DNA of 30,673 nucleotides from assembly GCA_028278265.1 (NCBI GenBank), contig JANQET010000278.1, positions 1-30,673 of the forward strand, read 5' to 3'. Both the position numbers and the translations under genes were made by a program. The notes beneath the pieces are model-generated. The model saw nothing but the letters and a program-made list of their open reading frames with translations, was not told the DNA's origin and did no database searches. Below are positions 19,028 through 25,800 of the stretch, one piece after another. Source of the DNA: Myxococcota bacterium. GTDB taxonomy: Bacteria; Myxococcota_A; Polyangia; JAAYKL01. The stretch's first letter is position 1. Each line of letters begins with the position of its first letter.

Positions 19028-19282
19028 TCCGATCACCTGTTCGTTCGAAGGACAACCCAGGGGATCATCCGTATCGGTGTCCCCATCCGCATCACTATCC
19101 CCATCGCTATCGCTATCACTATCCCCGTCTGAATCGGCGTCGCCGTCCCCATCACCGTCCGCGTCCGCGTCGGTGCTCCCATCGGAATCCGAGTCGTCCA
19201 ATGCCACGATGCTACAGGCCGACAGCCCCAACCCGAATCCCACTCCGATAATCACTGCAAATGAAATCAATGTCTTTTCCAT
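18425..19282 (-). CDS. Small acidic-repeat lipoprotein. The start is well supported; the 3' end is undefined because the frame stays open antisense into ptsI until 18425.
   Basis: ATG at 19282 with a GGGGAGGAG RBS 5 nt upstream. 'MEKTLISFAVIIGVGFGLGLSAC' is a signal peptide plus lipobox, followed by a (D-S/A/G/T)n tract 'DDSDSDGSTDADADGDGDGDADSDGDSDSDSDGDSDADGDTDTDD'. After 'PLGCPSNEQ' the translation is antisense ptsI and looks like shadow sequence. Confidence 0.4.
   Translation of the reverse strand: MEKTLISFAVIIGVGFGLGLSACSIVALDDSDSDGSTDADADGDGDGDADSDGDSDSDSDGDSDADGDTDTDDPLGCPSNEQVIGLEQLKIQPDLLIHVVGDQPLDFSCSGHLQGLPGQRLRLLAADVANNRSHHGDRAGGHRQGAQPQPDQQRNQQRLRGHSTAHAHRNVGVVGRLDRRVDRPQHRRVKRCIEIGHRVVAPIDGQGILNQIVGADGEEVHLLGQHIGDEDRRGKLDHTADADLARHFVTELLGSLVEQAFDLTQLADAADHRKHDVQCGVSGPS
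19075..19210. repeat. Imperfect hexanucleotide (GAY-NNN) simple-sequence repeat encoding the Asp-rich tract of the small lipoprotein
   Basis: 'ccatcgctatcgctatcactatccccgtctgaatcggcgtcgccgtccccatcaccgtccgcgtccgcgtcgg' has 6-nt periodicity. Confidence 0.5.
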
Positions 19283-19396
19283 CGACTCCTCCCCTACTCG
19301 ATCGTCCAACCCCGCGTTGAACACCTCGCGTTCACAAATGGGTTGTGCACCGCATTTTCTGTCGCAAAAATTCTGTCTAAGGGGTGCGAGGGGCGC

Positions 19397-19951
19397 TCAG
19401 GGCTGCGGTAACTCTTTTTGCCACATCACATCGCCGGTCCCCTCGACGATGTTGGCATAGCGGGCGCCGGCGAACAGCAGATCCGAGGCGCGATTGACGA
19501 ATTTGACCACCATTGAATCGACAGGGGAGGTCTCGGCCAGGGTCCATATTCGCCGTTCGGCGCGGCGGCACACCGTCCGAGCGATGTGCAGCATTCCCGC
19601 CGCGCGACCGCCGCCGGGTAAAATAAACCCTTCAATCTTACCGCTCTTGTGCGTCAGCTGATCGATCGCGCGCTCGAGAAAATCAATATCCCGCTGATCG
19701 ACACCGACCGGGGCCGGATCCTCGGTCGTCGACGAGGCCAAGTTTGACGAACAGTTGTAGAACCGATGTTGAACGAACGCCAACATTCCGTCGAGCAACC
19801 CGTCGTCGACAAATGATCGCGCCGCGCCGATCCACGAGTTGGCCTCGTCCACCGTGCCGTACGCCTCGATTCGCGCTGATCCCTTGGGCAGCCGGGTACC
19901 GTCCGCCAGGGAGGTCGTTCCCTGATCACCGGTTCGGGTGTATATTTTCAT
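19397..19951 (-). CDS. PduO-type ATP:cob(I)alamin adenosyltransferase (MMAB-like)
   Basis: 'MKIYTRTGDQGTTSL' is the canonical PduO-ATR N-terminus. The true start is ATG 19951 with a GGAGAGGG RBS; the tool's longer 20041 start is upstream read-through. About 184 aa. Confidence 0.85.
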   Translation of the reverse strand: MKIYTRTGDQGTTSLADGTRLPKGSARIEAYGTVDEANSWIGAARSFVDDGLLDGMLAFVQHRFYNCSSNLASSTTEDPAPVGVDQRDIDFLERAIDQLTHKSGKIEGFILPGGGRAAGMLHIARTVCRRAERRIWTLAETSPVDSMVVKFVNRASDLLFAGARYANIVEGTGDVMWQKELPQP

Positions 19952-20019
19952 GGCGTGGCCCTCTCCTTCGACCGGAGACGGTAGCAAAACCGCGGCACCA
20001 AGACAATCCGGTTGACCGC

Positions 20020-22434
20020 TCAGTTGGTGGTGAACTCCCAATCCACGGACATGGCGTAAAACCCATCGCCGTCAAGCGCGGGGATCACGCAGTCGGTGAA
20101 ATCGTCGACGTTGTTGCCGTCATCGTCGACATTGTTGACAAAATCGTCGAAGTCACATTCGAACACGGCGACACCCCACTTCCACCTCGACGAGGCGATG
20201 AGATTCACCGGATTGGACACCGGGGAGCCCCCCTGACATGCTCCGTTCTCGTACGTGCCGCCGGTTTCCAAACAGGTGGCCAAGTAGATCACATCGTAGC
20301 GATCGTTGGGCTGTGGCGCAGCGGCCATGTCGAATTGGGTCACGTCATCGGGCAGGGCCCAGAGAATCTCGGGGAAGTCGTCCTGGCGGGGTTGGGGATC
20401 CTCGTTAAATAGAAACACGACGTAGGACCAGGGAACATCAGGTGCATCGTCGGTATAGTCCTCCCACACCAGCGTGGGTTGATTGCCCACACCGGTCGCC
20501 CCGTCTTCCGGAGAAACCAGCACGATCGGCGGAACAAAAACGAGATCCTGTGAAATATCGGTCGTGCCGTTCAATTTATCGGCACTCTGTCGGTACATCT
20601 CGTTGGTGGGGGAATCCTCCCCCGAGCCGTCCACATCGATAAACCCGAGAACATAGACCGAATCATCGCTGGTCTTGCGCAGCATTTTCAGTGAGTAGGT
20701 AGTAGCGGTGGCGGGAAGAATGACACTCGATTCCGTACTCCACTGCTCCAGATCGCCGGCCCGAATGTGATATGGCCCGCTGGCCCCCGAATTGTTGATC
20801 AGGTCGCCGCTGACCGTGATGGAGCTCGACCCGTCGTTGTCGGTGATGAAGTAGCTGCGCGTTCCATCGGCCACCGCATCGTACTCCCAGTCCAACGCCG
20901 ACAATTGATCGTACACCTGAACCGTGACGCTGATCGCTTGATCATCGGGCAGGGGATCGCTGGGCTGGTAGAGGGTCTCCGTGAGAGGCCCGCTCTGATT
21001 CCAGTACCCATCGTCGCCGTTGATGTAGACCTGGTAGGTCCCGGCATTGTCCACCCCGTCCCAATCCAGAATGGCGGTGGTCTGAGCGGCCACGGCGCCG
21101 GTCGGTGAGACCAGGGGCACATTGCGGGAGAGCTTGATGATCTCGTCCACCCCATCGGTTTCGATGTGGATCAGGTTCATCGAAATCTCCCGGTAGTAAA
21201 ACACGTACTCCCCGGCGTCGAGGGCGGTCGGATCGGGCCAGCCCAAGCTAAACCGGCCGTCGTACGGCTCTTCGTCGTAACTCATCGAGGTGTTGTCGGC
21301 CACCTGCCCGCATCCCCCGTCATCGAGTAGTACGGCTACCTCACCGTTGGGCAGCAGGACCCGCGGCGGCGTGGTGTTGGCGTCCGACGGCCCTTCGGTC
21401 TCCAACCGCAGGTAGTACCCTTCACAGAGTCCCAGACCGTCCACCCAGTTATCCGATCCGGGCGGATCCTCGTACTCCGGTGGGCGGGGAAAGGCGGACT
21501 CGTGGCTGGTGAAGACGTTGAACGACGAAAAATGATCCGTCTCCCACTGATCCATCAGCTCGAGGTTGACCTCGGTCGCGTCGTTTTGATCGATCACTAT
21601 GGCCGAGCTCGCCGGCGCCTGGGGATCAAAGGGCAGGGTCGGCCGCTGGTCCGGGTTCAACCCGTGGGGACCGTGGGCATCCCGGAAGGCCCGCACGTAG
21701 TACGTTCCGTCCCCGACTCTGAAATTGTAGCTGGTTGGGGGAAACTGTTCGTTTTCCACGGCGACCAATGTCAGCTCTTGATGGTGATCGAGGATCGCTG
21801 CCGGGCTGGTGTAGAGCCGCACGTAGACCGCGGTGCCCGAAGTCGACCCACCATGCTGAGAGATCGTCCCCGAGATCGTTCGAGGATTGTGAACCACCGG
21901 CACCTCAGCGGGCGCGGAGAGGCCGGCCGTATTCTTCAGGAATACCTGAACCGTGAGCGCAGTCCCGTCCGCCGGCTCGGTGTAGGCAGCGGAGACGACG
22001 AATTGTCCCTGTTCGTTCACTTGGCCTACCTGACCGCCGATCTCGGTGGTGCCGTTCAATACGGCGACGATAACGGTGGTGCCAATCTCGCCGCGACCCT
22101 CCACTCGGAGCGGGCTGGCCACATTTGTACCCTGCTGGGGAAGCAACACAATCGGGGCGTCGGGCACTCCTTCGTCATCAGTATCGGTGTCCGAATCGGT
22201 ATCGGTATCGGTATCGGCATCCGCGTCGGTGTCTGTATCGGTGTCTGAATCCGCATCGGTATCGGCGTCCGTGTCAGCATCCGTGTCCGTGTCGGTATCC
22301 GTGTCCGTATCCCCGCTCCCACTGGCGTCGGTTCCCCCATCGGATTCCTCATCATCATCGCCGCAGGCCGCACTGAAACACGCAAAACCAAAGACCAGGA
22401 CGAGCCCACTGGACCAACTCAATAGACGATTCAC
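20020..22434 (-). CDS. Large (804 aa) secreted lipoprotein with an N-terminal (Asp-Thr/Ala/Ser)n acidic repeat and multiple probable Ig/FN3-like beta domains; function unknown
   Basis: GTG start 22434 with a GGGAGG RBS. 'MNRLLSWSSGLVLVFGFACFSAAC' is a signal peptide plus lipobox. It is followed by 'SGSGDTDTDTDTDTDADTDADTDADSDTDTDTDADADTDTDTDSDTDTDDEG'. The C-terminal segment is Asp-rich, 'CDFDDFVNNVDDDGNNVDDFTDC'. The 3' end overlaps the PduO gene start region by 22 nt. Confidence 0.8.
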   Translation of the reverse strand: MNRLLSWSSGLVLVFGFACFSAACGDDDEESDGGTDASGSGDTDTDTDTDTDADTDADTDADSDTDTDTDADADTDTDTDSDTDTDDEGVPDAPIVLLPQQGTNVASPLRVEGRGEIGTTVIVAVLNGTTEIGGQVGQVNEQGQFVVSAAYTEPADGTALTVQVFLKNTAGLSAPAEVPVVHNPRTISGTISQHGGSTSGTAVYVRLYTSPAAILDHHQELTLVAVENEQFPPTSYNFRVGDGTYYVRAFRDAHGPHGLNPDQRPTLPFDPQAPASSAIVIDQNDATEVNLELMDQWETDHFSSFNVFTSHESAFPRPPEYEDPPGSDNWVDGLGLCEGYYLRLETEGPSDANTTPPRVLLPNGEVAVLLDDGGCGQVADNTSMSYDEEPYDGRFSLGWPDPTALDAGEYVFYYREISMNLIHIETDGVDEIIKLSRNVPLVSPTGAVAAQTTAILDWDGVDNAGTYQVYINGDDGYWNQSGPLTETLYQPSDPLPDDQAISVTVQVYDQLSALDWEYDAVADGTRSYFITDNDGSSSITVSGDLINNSGASGPYHIRAGDLEQWSTESSVILPATATTYSLKMLRKTSDDSVYVLGFIDVDGSGEDSPTNEMYRQSADKLNGTTDISQDLVFVPPIVLVSPEDGATGVGNQPTLVWEDYTDDAPDVPWSYVVFLFNEDPQPRQDDFPEILWALPDDVTQFDMAAAPQPNDRYDVIYLATCLETGGTYENGACQGGSPVSNPVNLIASSRWKWGVAVFECDFDDFVNNVDDDGNNVDDFTDCVIPALDGDGFYAMSVDWEFTTN
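22170..22330. repeat. Imperfect hexanucleotide repeat (GTATCG/GTGTCC-like units) encoding the (D-T/A/S)n tract of the large lipoprotein
   Basis: 'gtatcggtgtccgaatcggtatcggtatcggtatcggcatccgcgtcggtgtctgtatcggtgtctgaatccgcatcggtatcggcgtccgtgtc...' has 6-nt periodicity. Confidence 0.6.
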
Positions 22435-22649
22435 GGTGACCTCCCAATTGCCAATTTAGGGTTGTAGAAATAGTCTAGTGCGAACCCACCGAAACCGCAA
22501 ACTCCTACAGCGTTGTACATTTTATATCGGTAATCGATTTTTCAACCGTTAAGTCGACGCCGGGTCGACCGTTTTCGTAAATGAAGTGGTTTGTACACGA
22601 CATGGCTGCCGAGCGGGGCGGATGAACGGCAATGGTTCGAGCCGACTGA

Positions 22650-22820
22650 CCGGGGCGCTTTGATCCGAACAGCGACAGCTGTTTCAACTATGTGCGCGAG
22701 ATGCGCGGCGAGATGTGGGCCGAAAGCGATGGGCCGAACCGCGGCGCCCGCTTCGTGATCAGTCTGCCACTGCGGTTCGATCGACCGCTCACCCCGGAGC
22801 TGCCACTCGAGTTGAACTGA
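22650..22820 (+). pseudogene. Remnant of a sensor histidine kinase gene (only the last ~55 codons of the HATPase_c domain)
   Basis: The frame ending at TGA 22818-22820 translates to '...FNYVREMRGEMWAESDGPNRGARFVISLPLRFDRP', the conserved HK C-terminal G2-box/tail pattern (hGGxiwveSxxGxGxxFxxxLPl). A stop lies at 22647-22649 just upstream, and no intact upstream kinase domain is visible. Confidence 0.4.
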
Positions 22821-22858
22821 CCGGGCGGCAATCAACCAGAACCATCGACCGCTTTCAC

Positions 22859-25800
22859 CTACTTCTTCTTGGGAGCGGGATGGGGCGAGGCGATCGCTTT
22901 GGCAAACGGAGGTGAGCCCGACGGGGGTTGCGGCGGGGAAGAAGGTGACGGCGGCTTGCTCTCCATCGCCGATTGGGCGTTGGCCAGTAGGCGCGCCTGA
23001 TTGGCCAATAGCTCGATGACGTGATCCACGTCCTGACGGGTTTGATGATCCTTGGTGGAGAGCTGGGTCGCGCTCGAGGCGATCGTATCCTGGATCGACC
23101 GCAGCCCGTCACCGAAGGTGCTGAGCAGCGCGATCACCTGGCCCATTCGATCGTCCCCCGTCCCGGCGGTCAATTGATTGCGGTTGAATGTTTTTTTGAT
23201 CTCTGCCCAGCGCTCTGTCTCGGTTTCGGAGAGGGTGCCGGTCATCTCCTTGAATTTGAGCAGGTTGGCCTCGGCACCGGTGGTCAAGGTTTGCGCTTCG
23301 CGGGCATAGTGGTCCAGCACGAGCAGCTCCACCTCTTTGTCGTTCATAATCGGCAGCACCTTCTCGGCGATGCGGTTCATGTTGCGATAGGATCCCTGTA
23401 ACTTGAACGGGGGCTCGGTGCGGTAGGCATCGGCCTGAGCAGCGGAATAGATGTACGCCTGGTTGACCCGGAGGATCACGTCCCGCACCTGGAGCAGCTT
23501 ACCCATCACCGAGATGTAATCTGCGAGCTCAGCCCCGGCATAGTTGCCGGCAAAGTCGATCCCTTCGCGAGATCCCCTCTGGGCCGCCTCGATGATGCCA
23601 TACACATCTTTAAAATGTTTGGCCGCCAATTGGCCGAGAATCGGGCTGGAGGTGATTGAGTTCTCCAGGTAGCTCATTTCGAACACGGCCACATCATCGC
23701 CAATGATGTCCCCCAGATTGTAGGTGTCCGCTCGATTGGCCAGCATGTCGGGGATTTTGAAGGCCTCCCCGCTCTCCGAATAGGGGTTGCCAGCCATCAC
23801 CACGCACACTCGGCGTCCCCGCAGATCGTAGGTGCGCGTGCGACCCTGATACACCCCTTCGATCTTTCGTTGGGCGTCGCACAGGGAGATGAACTTCTGC
23901 AGGAACTCCGGGTTCAGGTGTTGGATGTCGTCGAGATAAATCATCACATTGTCGCTCATTTCGAACGACAGGCTGAGTTTCTTCATCTCCTCCCGGGCCG
24001 CCGCGTTGGGCGCCTCCTGGGGATCGAGGGAGGTGACCTGGTGCCCAATCGCCGGGCCGTTGATCTTCATGAAAATCAGCCCCAACCGGTTGGCGACATA
24101 CTCCATCAAGGTGGTCTTGCCGTACCCCGGCGGAGAGATGATCAGCAACAGGCCCATGCGGTCGGTGCGCGTGTTCTCGCCCACCACACCTATTTGCTTG
24201 GCCAGGTTGTCCCCGACCAATGGGAGGTAGACCTTGTCGATCAGGCGGTTGCGAACAAACGAGCTCAAGATGCGCGGCTTGAATTCGTCCAACCGCATCT
24301 CGGCGGTGGTTTCATCGATGATGCGGCTCTTCAACTCCCGGTGGGCGACAAACAGCGGCACCACCTCGGCCTCGAACCGCGCCAGGCGAATCATGAAATC
24401 GTTGTAGTCCAAGCGGTACCGGCCTTCGGTGATTTGCGGGTGATCACCGACCAGGCCTTTCAGCTCGGTCACCACCGTCGCATGGACCACCCGTTGGCGG
24501 TCGAAAATCCCCGAGAGCAGCAGCGCGGCGACCTCCTCGTGGTACTCCCGGAACGCTTCATCGTCGTTTTCGCGGGCAAACGCCCGGACCCAATCCTTGA
24601 CCAGCACATAGGCATCCGGTTGGGCATTCTTCAACGCCTCCATCGGTCGGAGCAGATCCTTTCCCACTCCCCGGCGATTGAGGTGCCCCTGAAATCGCTG
24701 AAAGAGACCCGCGGCATCCGGGCTGATCGCCCAGTGCTTCTCCTCGGTGAGCACGCAGAACAGATAGGCCGCCGCCTGGTCGGCCAGAAACGGCTCGAAC
24801 AGGCCATCATCTTCGATGAACTTATCGATCAGCGACCTGAGCTCGTCGACATAGTGCTGTTGTTCGGCGCTGCGCTGGAACAGGCGTTTAATCGCCCCCA
24901 CACCGGTGAGCTTCGATTCGATGCGGGCCTTGGCCGTCTGGTCGGCGAAGCAGTGCCAAAAGACCAACGCCAACGCCCGGGCCCGGGTGCTGTACCGCAG
25001 CAGTCCGATGGTCTGCTCCATTTTGCTCAGGGCGTCGGCGATCAGTGCCCCGTCGTGATCGTGAACCCCCTTGACATACCCTTCGGCATAGCGCGGCCCC
25101 ATGAACTGCTGAACCAGGGGCTGCCACCCCGCCGGATCGGCCGCTTGCAGCTCCGGGGTGCCGCCGGTCTGCTGCGACGCCAACAGCATGTACGCCAGAT
25201 ACTCACCCCGGTAGACGTGCTCATTCTCTGAAATCAACGGTTGATCCCATACCGGCTTGGTCTCATCGATGCGCGGATCGGTGATCTTTTCAAAAAAATC
25301 GGTACCGGTGAGATGGAGGTACTGACCGTCCGGACGGCCGACAATGGTCAGCCCCAGGGGTTGGGTGTTCACCGAAAACTTGTGGCGGCCGAACTGGAGC
25401 ACATTTTGTCCATCGACGAACAACTCTTGGCGATCGGTGAGCTGGCGCAGGGTGTCCTGTTGCAGGGTCTTGAGCCGGGTCTGCAGGTCATCGGCCTTGA
25501 TTGCGTCGTCCATCCCCCGCAGCTCAGTGATGATGTCCCGCACCTTCTCCACCATCAGGTCGGCGGCGAAGTAACCGTTGATTTCGTCCACCGACGCGAA
25601 GCGATCGAGCCGCGAGGTCATCCCGGAAAGGATGCGCTCGGCACTCTTGAGCAGGGCGTCGGAGCGTTTGTTCCGTTGCTCGACCAGCTTCAGTTTGCGG
25701 GACTCAAAGGCAGTGTAGATCTCATCGCGCTTCTCGGCCAGGGTGAGAATGAATTTATCGAACTGGGAGAACTTGCCCTCCAATTCGCTGAGCTGAATCG

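Noticed and set aside
19077-19460. Plus-strand ORF encoding an SPSPSAS repeat
   Set aside because: It is the complementary reading of the Asp-codon hexamer repeat. It has no signal peptide, RBS or plausible start, whereas the minus-strand frame has a textbook lipoprotein start.
21502-22459. Plus-strand ORFs (248 and 137 aa) with GIGIGI/SVSVSV repeats
   Set aside because: Antisense readings of the (DT)n hexamer repeat inside the 804-aa lipoprotein gene.
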